A model generated the notes under the pieces. The model was not told the origin of the DNA. It worked only from the letters and a program-made list of their open reading frames with translations, and searched no databases. Positions 1-8,656 of a DNA stretch of 48,953 nt are shown here, piece by piece (positions within the stretch are counted from its first letter, which is position 1; every line of letters begins with the position of its first letter). Source of the DNA: a virus. Lineage: Duplodnaviria > Caudoviricetes. Where the stretch lies: the IMG/VR virus record IMGVR_UViG_3300012665_001700, positions 1 to 48,953 of that record; one strand, 5' to 3'. A program made the translations under genes and the position numbers.

Positions 1-1
1 G

Positions 2-1429
2 AATGTTCGTGATTCCATTAAAGAATTTGAAAATTTTTTAAGTAATAAGCAAAAACTAGCAATTAAATTAGAAGAGAAAAAACGTATAGTAGAACTTAAA
101 AAGCTTGATACACTTTCTAAATCCTTTAATAAATTACCACCTGAAACTAGAAATAGAGCGGGTGAATTATTTGCTAAAGGACAAATATATGAAGGAAGAG
201 AAAACTCTGGTATAGGTAAAAATCGATTGGGGTATCTTGATGTAAAGACATTAAATTCTAATAAAGATTATTTAATAAAATCGTATGGAGATGGTTCTCC
301 TGAAACTATTAAAAAATTTGTAAGAGCTGCAAGAAAAATTAAAGTAACCGAAGATTATGTGGAATCTTCTTTTAACTTATTACCAGAGGCACTACAAAGT
401 GCTTTTAATGGTAAGGGTAAAACCGGTGATTCTGGAAAAGATAAACACTTTTTAGGATATGTTAGAAATGATGGAACAACAACATCGGACCAAACCGACC
501 CAAATATTAATAAAGATAAAAAAGGAAATTTAGAAGTAAAAAGAGGAAATCCTGGAAGTAGAGATAGGGGTAAATTTGTTTGGAGATGTATATTAGAACA
601 AGGAGGACAAGATCCTTATAGTGGATTACCACTCGACTTAAGCGCAATTGATTTGGAACACGTACGTGCATTTGATAATAGAGATAATGGAAATCCAACA
701 CCGGATGATTATTTATACAGAGAACATGATAACAATATTATCATATGTGCAACGAATTTAAATCAAAAAAAATCCAATTTATCAATGAAAAAGTTTTATG
801 AAATGCATGTAGACTCTCAAGTTGGTAAATCTCAAGCTGCTTTTAAAAAAGAAAGTGAAACATATGAAACTATAAATGAAGTTGCTTCACAAACCGACCA
901 AAAAGCAGCACTTGTTGTTAAAGATGGAAAATTTAGAGCGGGTTATAATTTTAAAAATCTTAAAGAATTATTTGATAATGATGATTCGGTTTATACAAAT
1001 GCAAAAAATGAATTTAAAAAAGTAGCCGAAACAGCCGAAGATAAAAAAGCAATTGCTGGATTAAACTCCGAAATAGGTAGAAGTGTTTTGATGGATATGG
1101 GATTGAGTAGAGGTTTGATAGATAAGAGTGGTAGAAGGACCATAAAACTATCATCGGATAACTTGTATAGAGGATTTATGTTATCAATGGTAGATAATCT
1201 AAATAAACAGGATAAATTTAAAGAGGCTTGGGAGCAGGCAAGAAAAGTAGGCAATTCCGATAAATACAGATTAAAAGGAGAAGGCCAGAAGGGAATGATA
1301 AAATATTTAATTGATAATAAATTTATTAGTGATAAAGTATTAAACGATCCTAAACTTGGTAAAGTATTCAAAAATGCGTTGAATGAGGTCTATGATTATG
1401 ATAATAATGTATATATTTTAATTAATTAA
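2..1429 (+). CDS. 5'-truncated large protein with an HNH endonuclease domain
   Basis: The frame is open from position 2, so the TTG at 227 is not the real start. HNH-type motif QGGQDPYSG...IDLEHV...HDNNIIICATNLNQKKSN. Confidence 0.7.
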   Translation, partial: NVRDSIKEFENFLSNKQKLAIKLEEKKRIVELKKLDTLSKSFNKLPPETRNRAGELFAKGQIYEGRENSGIGKNRLGYLDVKTLNSNKDYLIKSYGDGSPETIKKFVRAARKIKVTEDYVESSFNLLPEALQSAFNGKGKTGDSGKDKHFLGYVRNDGTTTSDQTDPNINKDKKGNLEVKRGNPGSRDRGKFVWRCILEQGGQDPYSGLPLDLSAIDLEHVRAFDNRDNGNPTPDDYLYREHDNNIIICATNLNQKKSNLSMKKFYEMHVDSQVGKSQAAFKKESETYETINEVASQTDQKAALVVKDGKFRAGYNFKNLKELFDNDDSVYTNAKNEFKKVAETAEDKKAIAGLNSEIGRSVLMDMGLSRGLIDKSGRRTIKLSSDNLYRGFMLSMVDNLNKQDKFKEAWEQARKVGNSDKYRLKGEGQKGMIKYLIDNKFISDKVLNDPKLGKVFKNALNEVYDYDNNVYILIN

Positions 1430-1431
1430 TA

Positions 1432-1839
1432 ATGAATACACAATTACTTTGCTTATTTACATCAAAAGTTGAATTGGATAATTCTATTAGTTTTATTTTA
1501 AAAAACTATACATTAACCAATCCAAACGTATTTGTTTTGGAATCAAGAAGTAATTCGGAAGAAATGTTTATTACATTTAATGTAGAAAAAGGATCACCGG
1601 CAATATCTTCAAAATGGAAAACTATATTAGTACATAGAAAGAAACAATCTAATACGATATACACAATTAATGCTCTAAATGAAGTAGTAAAGTCCAAAAC
1701 AGGTGGACAAATGGATTCTACATATATGATTGAGTGGGATGAATTTTATGGATGTATATTGACCACCACGACAAATGGGTATAAAAAGATACCAACAAAA
1801 GTTCACAAAACATTTAATATTCAAAATTTGGAATATTAA
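1432..1839 (+). CDS. hypothetical phage protein
   Basis: 135-aa ORF with ATG 2 nt after the upstream stop; no recognised domain. Confidence 0.75.
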   Translation: MNTQLLCLFTSKVELDNSISFILKNYTLTNPNVFVLESRSNSEEMFITFNVEKGSPAISSKWKTILVHRKKQSNTIYTINALNEVVKSKTGGQMDSTYMIEWDEFYGCILTTTTNGYKKIPTKVHKTFNIQNLEY

Positions 1840-1858
1840 AATAATTTTCTTATATTTG
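1827..1858 (+). promoter_or_regulatory. Bacteroidota sigma-A-type promoter (-33 TTTG / -7 TATATTTG)
   Basis: TTTG at 1827-1830, 20-nt spacer, TATATTTG at 1851-1858: an exact TTTG-N19-21-TAnnTTTG match. ATG follows at 1863. Confidence 0.75.
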
Positions 1859-1862
1859 GTGT

Positions 1863-2198
1863 ATGCCAAAGGGAAAAAAATTTACTCCAATAAAAATAGA
1901 AACGGAAAATCCTTCCGATATATTTGAATCACATAGGGTTATTATATCTAAGGCAATAATCCATGCAATATCTCATGGAGTTTCATCCCGAAAAAAGAAA
2001 GTAGATTTTGCTCATATCTTAATAAAAGGTATGTTGGTGATAACGTTATCAATAGATAAGCGTGAATTTTTGGATTTAATAGAAGATAATCTACAAACAC
2101 TAATTGATTCAGAAGAATATGAAATGTGCGCACTTGCTGTTAAACTTAAAAATAAATTAAATGATAAAGTTATTAAAGAAGCTGGAATGGTGGTTTGA
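1863..2198 (+). CDS. hypothetical protein (C-terminus weakly resembles a UVR-type helical hairpin)
   Basis: 111-aa ORF directly behind a promoter; ends with EEYEMCALAVKLK. Confidence 0.7.
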   Translation: MPKGKKFTPIKIETENPSDIFESHRVIISKAIIHAISHGVSSRKKKVDFAHILIKGMLVITLSIDKREFLDLIEDNLQTLIDSEEYEMCALAVKLKNKLNDKVIKEAGMVV

Positions 2199-2283
2199 TT
2201 ATTATATTGCATGGATGTTATACAATGGAAACAAACGAGATAAGTATATAAGTTATATGGAAAGTAAATGGAATAAAAAATAA
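2161..2283 (+). CDS. small hypothetical protein (40 aa, not in the ORF track)
   Basis: ATG at 2161 to TAA at 2283: MIKLLKKLEWWFDYYIAWMLYNGNKRDKYISYMESKWNKK. It fills the gap before the ATG at 2287. Confidence 0.55.
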   Translation: MIKLLKKLEWWFDYYIAWMLYNGNKRDKYISYMESKWNKK

Positions 2284-2286
2284 GTT

Positions 2287-2589
2287 ATGAAAGATGAGAA
2301 TTTAATTCACATAGGAAATGGAAATCATTTAGTTATACAAACTTCGTATGTAGTATCTATGGTTGATGAATTAAAATTATTTAAAGGAGAGGATAATAAA
2401 CCTGTTGATTTGCAAGTTCAGATTAAAGCAAATTTTGAAAAAATACCTGAACAATATCATCAAACATTTTTAAGTATGATGAGTGCAAGATATGGTGGAA
2501 TTGTTAACCTATATGATAATACAGAACCCCTACCATTTCAAAAAACACAAGAAGTAAAAAAACGTTGGTATCAATTTTGGAAAAAATAA
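2287..2589 (+). CDS. hypothetical protein
   Basis: 100-aa ORF with a basic/aromatic C-terminus KKRWYQFWKK. Confidence 0.7.
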   Translation: MKDENLIHIGNGNHLVIQTSYVVSMVDELKLFKGEDNKPVDLQVQIKANFEKIPEQYHQTFLSMMSARYGGIVNLYDNTEPLPFQKTQEVKKRWYQFWKK

Positions 2590-2599
2590 ACAATAAGTT

Positions 2600-2824
2600 A
2601 TGAATAAAGAAATGGTAAATGGACCTGCACATTATGGTGGTGTAGATAATCCATATGAAGTCATTAAAGTATGTGAAGCATGGGAATTGGATAAAGATGC
2701 ATATCTTTTCAATGTGGTAAAATATGTAGCCAGAGCAGGTAAAAAAGACCCTCAAAAGGAGCTTGAGGACTTAAAAAAGGCTAAATTCTATCTGGAACGC
2801 AAGATAGGTCTGCTTCAAAAATAA
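2600..2824 (+). CDS. DUF3310 / SaV-like protein
   Basis: VNGPAHY...NVVKYVARAGKK...EDLKKAKFYL is the typical DUF3310 pattern. Confidence 0.85.
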   Translation: MNKEMVNGPAHYGGVDNPYEVIKVCEAWELDKDAYLFNVVKYVARAGKKDPQKELEDLKKAKFYLERKIGLLQK

Positions 2825-2856
2825 TTTGGTAATTTCGAAAATTTTTCGTATATTTA
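2825..2856 (+). promoter_or_regulatory. Bacteroidota-type promoter upstream of the SSB gene
   Basis: TTTG at 2825-2828, 20-nt spacer, TATATTTA at 2849-2856. Confidence 0.65.
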
Positions 2857-2895
2857 CATAGTAAAAGTAGAAAAGGTTATATTTAGATATGTAGG

Positions 2896-2952
2896 AAGTA
2901 GCTACTTAAACCTTAAAACTTAAACAATTTTTTTTAAACTTTAAAATCTAAA
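2896..2952 (+). repeat. 12-nt palindrome followed by a 7-nt-phased TTAAA array in the SSB leader
   Basis: AAGTAGCTACTT at 2896-2907; TTAAA starts at 2906, 2913, 2920, 2934 and 2941, with CTAAA at 2948. Confidence 0.6.
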
Positions 2953-2957
2953 AAACA

Positions 2958-3800
2958 ATGGACATTTCATTGGCACTCAAGAGATTTAATTCTCTGCAAA
3001 ACAACACAAAAAAGTCGGATTCAATTTTCAAACCGGCAAATGGCAGAACGACAATTCGTATCGTTCCTTACAAGTTTAATAGGGATTTACCTTTTATTGA
3101 ACTTTATTTTCACTACAACATCAACAACAAAACCTACTTGTCACCAATGTCATTTGGTAGACCTGATCCAATCGTAGAGTTTGCAGAAAAACTCAAACGT
3201 ACAGGCGATACCGATGATTGGAAAGCAGGTAAGAAGATGGAGCCAAAATTAAGAACTTTTGTACCCGTTATCGTAAGAGGTAAAGAAAACGAAGGTGTTA
3301 AATTCTGGGGATTCGGTAAGACCGTTTACCAAGATATTTTGGGTTACATCGCTGATCCTGATTATGGAGATATTACGGATCCAATGACAGGGCGTGATAT
3401 TGTATTGGAAGTTACATCAGCAGAAGAATCCAATGCATCTTACCCAACAACTACAATTAGGGTAAAACCTGCTCAAACAAAACTTGTAGATGATGCAACA
3501 ACAGTTCAACAATTGCTTGATAATCAGAAAGAAATTACGGATTTATATTCGGAACTTTCATACGCTGAATTGAAAACAATTCTTGAAAATTGGCTTAACC
3601 CTTCATCTGGCGCACCTGCTGATGATGAAATTGTAGAAGTATTGGAAGCTCCAAAGCCAAAAACAACATTACCATCAGCCACACCAAAAGCAACTTCCGT
3701 TGCAGAGGATGGGGTAGGTGATTTACCTTGGGAAAAGCCGGCAGTACCAAAGCAGAAAGATGATGTAGCATCTGCATTTGATGATTTATTTAACAACTAA
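2958..3800 (+). CDS. T4 gp32-like single-stranded DNA-binding protein
   Basis: FKP...TTIRIVP..PFIELYFHY, GVKFWGFGKTVY, DITDPMTGRDI and an acidic tail DDVASAFDDLFNN; lies next to the recombinase. Confidence 0.85.
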   Translation: MDISLALKRFNSLQNNTKKSDSIFKPANGRTTIRIVPYKFNRDLPFIELYFHYNINNKTYLSPMSFGRPDPIVEFAEKLKRTGDTDDWKAGKKMEPKLRTFVPVIVRGKENEGVKFWGFGKTVYQDILGYIADPDYGDITDPMTGRDIVLEVTSAEESNASYPTTTIRVKPAQTKLVDDATTVQQLLDNQKEITDLYSELSYAELKTILENWLNPSSGAPADDEIVEVLEAPKPKTTLPSATPKATSVAEDGVGDLPWEKPAVPKQKDDVASAFDDLFNN

Positions 3801-3812
3801 AATTAGGTTACA

Positions 3813-4919
3813 ATGGCCAAAAGAGAAGAAGATTTAGCAAGTATCCTTGCTGATTCCTTAAACAAGCAAAACAAAGAAGGTAGAATTGCGTACTTTCTAA
3901 CCGATGATGGTGGAGATGCTCCTACAAATGTAAAGGATTGGTTATCTACTGGAAATGCGTTATTAGATGTAGCAATATCAAATCGACCTTATGGTGGTTT
4001 GCCTGTTGGCCGTATAGCAGAAATTACGGGTTTAGAGCAGAGTGGAAAATCTCTGCTCTCTACCCATCTGTTAGCTGAAACTCAAAAGAAGGGTGGTGTA
4101 GCCGTTCTAATTGATACTGAAACTGCTGTAAACAGAGAGTTTTTGGAAGCAATTGGAGTAGATATATCGAAACTTCTTTATGTTTCGGTTGATACGGTTG
4201 AAGGAATTTTCGAAGCATGTGAAACGATTATTGAAAAGGTTAGAAATGGAGATAAAGATAGATTGGTTACTATCGTTGTGGATTCAGTAGCAGCAGCATC
4301 AACAAAGAAAGAGTTGGAAGCTGATTATGATAAAGATGGATACGCAACGGATAAAGCAATCATCATTTCTAAAGCAATGAGAAAGATTACCAACATGATT
4401 GGTAGACAGAGTATTTGTTTGGTATTTACCAATCAACTTCGTCAAAAAATGAATGCAATGGCTTTTAGTGACCCGTGGACAACATCGGGTGGTAAAGCAT
4501 TGGCATTCCATTCTTCGGTTAGGCTTCGTTTGAAATCAATGGGGCAGTTGAAAGTTGGTGATAGGATTGTTGGTATTAAAGTTAGAGCACAAGTGATTAA
4601 AAATCGTTTGGGACCACCACTAAGACATGCCGATTTCAATATCCTATTTGATAGAGGAATTGATAACTTTAATAGTTGGCTTTTAGTTATGAAAGATAAC
4701 AAATTGGTAAAGCAAGCTGGAGCGTGGTATGAATATACTGATATTGATACCGGCGAAATTATCAAATTTCAATCAAAGGATTTCGCAGAGATTCTTAAAA
4801 ACGAAGATTTAAAAGACCAAATATATCGCAGGATATGTGAGGCAACAATTTTACAATATAAAAGTTCATCAACGGATGAAGTTGAAATTTCAACGGACGT
4901 AACAAATGAGTCAGATTAA
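3813..4919 (+). CDS. recA: RecA/UvsX recombinase
   Basis: STGNALLD, GGLPVGRIAEITGLEQSGKS (Walker A), IVVDSVAA (Walker B), FTNQLR, TSGGKALAFHSSVRL. Confidence 0.95.
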   Translation: MAKREEDLASILADSLNKQNKEGRIAYFLTDDGGDAPTNVKDWLSTGNALLDVAISNRPYGGLPVGRIAEITGLEQSGKSLLSTHLLAETQKKGGVAVLIDTETAVNREFLEAIGVDISKLLYVSVDTVEGIFEACETIIEKVRNGDKDRLVTIVVDSVAAASTKKELEADYDKDGYATDKAIIISKAMRKITNMIGRQSICLVFTNQLRQKMNAMAFSDPWTTSGGKALAFHSSVRLRLKSMGQLKVGDRIVGIKVRAQVIKNRLGPPLRHADFNILFDRGIDNFNSWLLVMKDNKLVKQAGAWYEYTDIDTGEIIKFQSKDFAEILKNEDLKDQIYRRICEATILQYKSSSTDEVEISTDVTNESD

Positions 4920-5964
4920 TAAGAAGTATTTAGATATACTAAAACAAATAGATGAGGAACACAATGCATTTGGAGATTTACACAAAAACTCTAAAACATT
5001 AGTTATAGATGGTCTTAATACCTTCATTCGTTCCTGGTCAACAGCGCCAAATTTAAACGATAATGGTGATCATATTGGAGGAATAGTCGGTACTTTAAAA
5101 AGTATCGGCTATGCCATCCGTACATTAAACCCCACAAGAGTAGTCGTAGTATTCGATGGTAAGGGTGGTTCAAATAGCAGAAAAGATATATATTCAGGTT
5201 ATAAATCCGAAAGGGGCAAGAATAAAATCAAAATGAGATTGAATCGTGCTGCCACCGTTGAAATGAACCCAGAAGAAGAAAGTGCATCTATGAAACGGCA
5301 AATGCTTGGATTAGGTGAACTACTATCAGCATTGCCTGTTACCATTATGATTTATGATGGAATTGAAGCAGATGATGTTATGGGTTATATTGCTACTGAA
5401 TTAAAGAAGGAAAATGAGAAGGTTATAATAATGAGTACCGATAAAGACTTTTTACAATTAGTAAACAAAGATGTAAGTGTATATTCACCATCTAAAAAGA
5501 AAGTTTATAATATTGATGAAGTGAAAGAAGAATTTGGTATCCATCCACACAACTTTATCAATTTCAGAATGATTGATGGGGATAAATCCGATAACGTAGA
5601 AGGTATTGCAGGATTGGGAATTAAATCTATCATTAAAGCGTTTCCTATATTGGCAGAAGAAACTATACATACAACTGAAACTATGGTTGAATATGTAAAT
5701 TCATTGAGTAAAAAAATAAAAGCTCACGAATTATTTCTAAATAATTTGGTGATTTGCGAAAGAAATCGTAAATTGATGCAGTTATCAGAACCAACGTTTA
5801 GTGGAAACCTTAGAATGAAGATTATGGATAGATTCAATGAACCAACAACAAAGTTTGATAAGCAAACTTTTTTAAAGTATGGATTGAAGCATAAAATGCT
5901 CGATGGATTTAAGGATATAAACGATTGGTTACAATCAACATTTTCACATTTAAGTAAATTTTAA
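4906..5964 (+). CDS. 5'-3' exonuclease / flap endonuclease (T4 RNase H or PolI N-terminal-like)
   Basis: LVIDGLN, VVFDG, EADDVMG, STDKDFLQL, GDKSDNVEGIAGLGIK (H3TH). Confidence 0.93.
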   Translation: MSQINKKYLDILKQIDEEHNAFGDLHKNSKTLVIDGLNTFIRSWSTAPNLNDNGDHIGGIVGTLKSIGYAIRTLNPTRVVVVFDGKGGSNSRKDIYSGYKSERGKNKIKMRLNRAATVEMNPEEESASMKRQMLGLGELLSALPVTIMIYDGIEADDVMGYIATELKKENEKVIIMSTDKDFLQLVNKDVSVYSPSKKKVYNIDEVKEEFGIHPHNFINFRMIDGDKSDNVEGIAGLGIKSIIKAFPILAEETIHTTETMVEYVNSLSKKIKAHELFLNNLVICERNRKLMQLSEPTFSGNLRMKIMDRFNEPTTKFDKQTFLKYGLKHKMLDGFKDINDWLQSTFSHLSKF

Positions 5965-5969
5965 AAACT

Positions 5970-6278
5970 ATGACAGAAGAAAGATTAGCAAAACCTTTAG
6001 GAGATAGAGTTCTCCTAACAGAATTAGAAGCCGAAGCATCTACTACTCCGGGTGGAATTATCATTCCTGATTCGGCAAGACAGGAAGATATTAAAAGAGC
6101 AAAAGTAGAATCAGTTGGACCTGGAATTTATACACAAAGCGGTGTACTTATTCCAATGAACGTAAAAGTTGGTGATGAAGTTATTCTACCACCATATCAT
6201 CAAGGACAAGAAGTTAAATTTGATGGAAAGAAATATCTCTTAATGAGAGAATCAGAAATTTTAATGGTTATTCAATAA
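5970..6278 (+). CDS. groES: co-chaperonin GroES (Cpn10)
   Basis: KPLGDRVLL, TPGGIIIPDSA, VGPG, VKVGDEV, YLLMRESEIL. Confidence 0.95.
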   Translation: MTEERLAKPLGDRVLLTELEAEASTTPGGIIIPDSARQEDIKRAKVESVGPGIYTQSGVLIPMNVKVGDEVILPPYHQGQEVKFDGKKYLLMRESEILMVIQ

Positions 6279-6305
6279 AACTAAAAAAAAAACACGGAGG
6301 AAACT

Positions 6306-6545
6306 ATGAAGTGTATTCAAGCAATTAGAGCAAGTAAGTATTCAGAAATAGGCGATATCAAACGAATAGATGATATTGATGCTCAAGAAAAAGTAACAAG
6401 TGGTTATTGGAAATTTATTTCAAAATCAGAATGGAAATTGGCAACTCGTAAACCAAAAGAAGTTGCAGTGGAAGTAAACGATCAAATTACCGATTCGGTA
6501 ACAATATCAGAAAAACAATTAAAAAGAAAGAAAACTAAACAATAA
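6306..6545 (+). CDS. hypothetical protein
   Basis: 79-aa ORF preceded by GGAGG; TAATG overlap with the helicase start. Confidence 0.7.
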   Translation: MKCIQAIRASKYSEIGDIKRIDDIDAQEKVTSGYWKFISKSEWKLATRKPKEVAVEVNDQITDSVTISEKQLKRKKTKQ

Positions 6546-7903
6546 TGGAAGCAGTAGATACATTGGTAAAATTTGGTCCATCGTATCAATCTAAAGTCGT
6601 TGCTTCACTTATTACGGATGTTAAGTTTCTTGAACAGGTAACTGAAATCACTAAACCGTCATTCTTTGAATCTCAAGCAAATCAATGGATTGTATCCGAA
6701 GTACAAAACTACTTTGATGAATTTCGTACAGTTCCTACAATGGAAGTGTTCAAAATCAAAGTTGGTAATGTTGAAGATAAGGTCTTAAAGCAAACAGTAG
6801 TTGAGCAATTAAAGAATATTTATTTGCAAGTAGGTTCAGAAGATTTACCTTATATAAAAAAAGAGTATCTTACATTTGCAAAGAACCAAAAAGTAAAAGA
6901 TGCTCTATTAAAATCAATTGAATTACTGAAAGCAGGTCAATATGATCAGATTATAGATACGATGACTAAGGCATCCAAAGTGGGTGTTGAATCGGATTTG
7001 GGTTTAGATTATATCGAAAACTTTGAATCCATTATGGAAGATGTCAAACGAGATTCTTGTCCAACTGGATGGGATGTAGTTGACGAATTAATGGATGGTG
7101 GTTTAGGGCCTGGTGAATTGGGTGTTGTAATGGCACCATCGGGTATCGGTAAGAGTTGGTTTTTATCTAAAATAGCATGTTCAGCATTACAAAAAGGTGT
7201 AGATGTTTTACATTATACTTTGGAATTATCTGAAAACTATGTTGGACAAAGATATACCACAATCTTATCAGGTATACAAACAACAGAACACAAACAAAGA
7301 AAAGATGAAATTATTCGTAAAATTAAATCTATTCCAGGAAGAGTTCGTATCAAATACTATCCACCACAATTTGCATCTGCAAAAACATTAGCAGCTCATA
7401 TTGAAAAAATGAGAGCAACTGGATTTAATCCGAAACTTATTATTATTGATTATGCGGATTTGTTAAAATCAGGCAATTCAAATAGGGATGGGTTGTATGC
7501 TGAATTGGGTGGAATCTATGAGGAGTTGAGGGGATTGAGTGGTGAAGCACAGATACCCGTTTGGACAGCAACTCAAACGAATAGAGCAGCAATAGACCAC
7601 GAAGTAATTCAGGCGGATAGTGTTGGTGATTCTTATAAGAAAGTTCAAACAGCAGATTTCATTATGAGTGTTAGTAGAAAGACCAAAGATAAATTATCAA
7701 ACACCGGCCGGATACACATTGTAAAGAATCGTTTTGGGCCTGATGGTATGACATTCCCTGCAAAGATTGATACGTTTCATGGTGTTATGGATGTATTTGC
7801 GGCAAACTCCGTAGATGGCATTATATCAACTAAGGAAAGTAAAAATGGTGAAGGTTTGGAGAAAAAACTTTTACATAAGAAGTATGTAGAAAATATGGGA
7901 TAA
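6545..7903 (+). CDS. dnaB: DnaB-like replicative helicase (T4 gp41-like)
   Basis: GELGVVMAPSGIGKS (Walker A), YTLEL, IIIDYADL (Walker B), TATQTNR, KNRFG. Confidence 0.93.
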   Translation: MEAVDTLVKFGPSYQSKVVASLITDVKFLEQVTEITKPSFFESQANQWIVSEVQNYFDEFRTVPTMEVFKIKVGNVEDKVLKQTVVEQLKNIYLQVGSEDLPYIKKEYLTFAKNQKVKDALLKSIELLKAGQYDQIIDTMTKASKVGVESDLGLDYIENFESIMEDVKRDSCPTGWDVVDELMDGGLGPGELGVVMAPSGIGKSWFLSKIACSALQKGVDVLHYTLELSENYVGQRYTTILSGIQTTEHKQRKDEIIRKIKSIPGRVRIKYYPPQFASAKTLAAHIEKMRATGFNPKLIIIDYADLLKSGNSNRDGLYAELGGIYEELRGLSGEAQIPVWTATQTNRAAIDHEVIQADSVGDSYKKVQTADFIMSVSRKTKDKLSNTGRIHIVKNRFGPDGMTFPAKIDTFHGVMDVFAANSVDGIISTKESKNGEGLEKKLLHKKYVENMG

Positions 7904-8502
7904 TGAGTGAAGTAAAAGATTATATTGTACAAGAAACAACGTTTAATCATTCGGTTAGAAAATTCCTAAAACAATGGCATTATTCCGATTATGTAAACAT
8001 TCAGGCCAAACATACATTTTGTCTTTTCAAAAATGGAAAGTTTGGAATACCTGAAATGATAGGAGTATGTATTTACACAAGACCTGCAGGACCTACTGCA
8101 GGTCAAACTTATCACCCATCCGCACCTAATATGGTGTTGGAATTGAGAAGATTGTGTTTAATAGATGATACACCAAAAAATTCTGAATCCTATTTTGTTG
8201 GAAAAACATTAAGATGGCTTAGAAAAAATACGGATTGGGAATTTGTAATATCATATGCAGATGCACAGCAAGGACATACTGGAGTAATATATAGAGCATC
8301 TAATTTCAAATATTTGGGACAAACCAAACCTGGGAAAACATTAGAAGTAGATGGTAAACAATTTCATGTAAGAACACTATCTATGATGGATAGACCTTAT
8401 GGGGTTGAAATAAATAGGAGATACAAAGAAAAAGATGAAGGCGTTAAGATAATAGAAACTTTACCAAAACATATTTATACATACGATTTAAGGACTAAAT
8501 AA
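7903..8502 (+). CDS. Mom-like GNAT-fold DNA adenine modification protein (paralog 1)
   Basis: WHYS, LELRRL, NSESYFVGKTLRWLR, VISYADAQQGHTGVIYRASNFKYLG match the phage Mu Mom family pattern. Confidence 0.8.
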   Translation: MSEVKDYIVQETTFNHSVRKFLKQWHYSDYVNIQAKHTFCLFKNGKFGIPEMIGVCIYTRPAGPTAGQTYHPSAPNMVLELRRLCLIDDTPKNSESYFVGKTLRWLRKNTDWEFVISYADAQQGHTGVIYRASNFKYLGQTKPGKTLEVDGKQFHVRTLSMMDRPYGVEINRRYKEKDEGVKIIETLPKHIYTYDLRTK

Positions 8503-8656
8503 ATATCAAAAAGTGTGAAAAAAAATATATGAAAAAATCCTAAAAATAACTAAAGAAAATGGTGTCGAATGTCCGTTGACTCCATATTTATCTTTACATT
8601 TTCGGATTTTTCTGAAAAAAAGTTTTATTCACAAATAATTAAAAAACAATTAAAAA

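Noticed and set aside
2-1429. Cas9 or IscB call for the HNH protein
   Set aside because: No RuvC-III motif follows the HNH, and no CRISPR array, cas1/cas2 or tracrRNA-like region is visible.
8503-8656. Riboswitch (cobalamin) or replication origin upstream of nrdJ
   Set aside because: The 154-nt gap is AT-rich with only a weak hairpin (TTTTCGGA-tttt-TCTGAAAA); no B12-box or iterons are visible.
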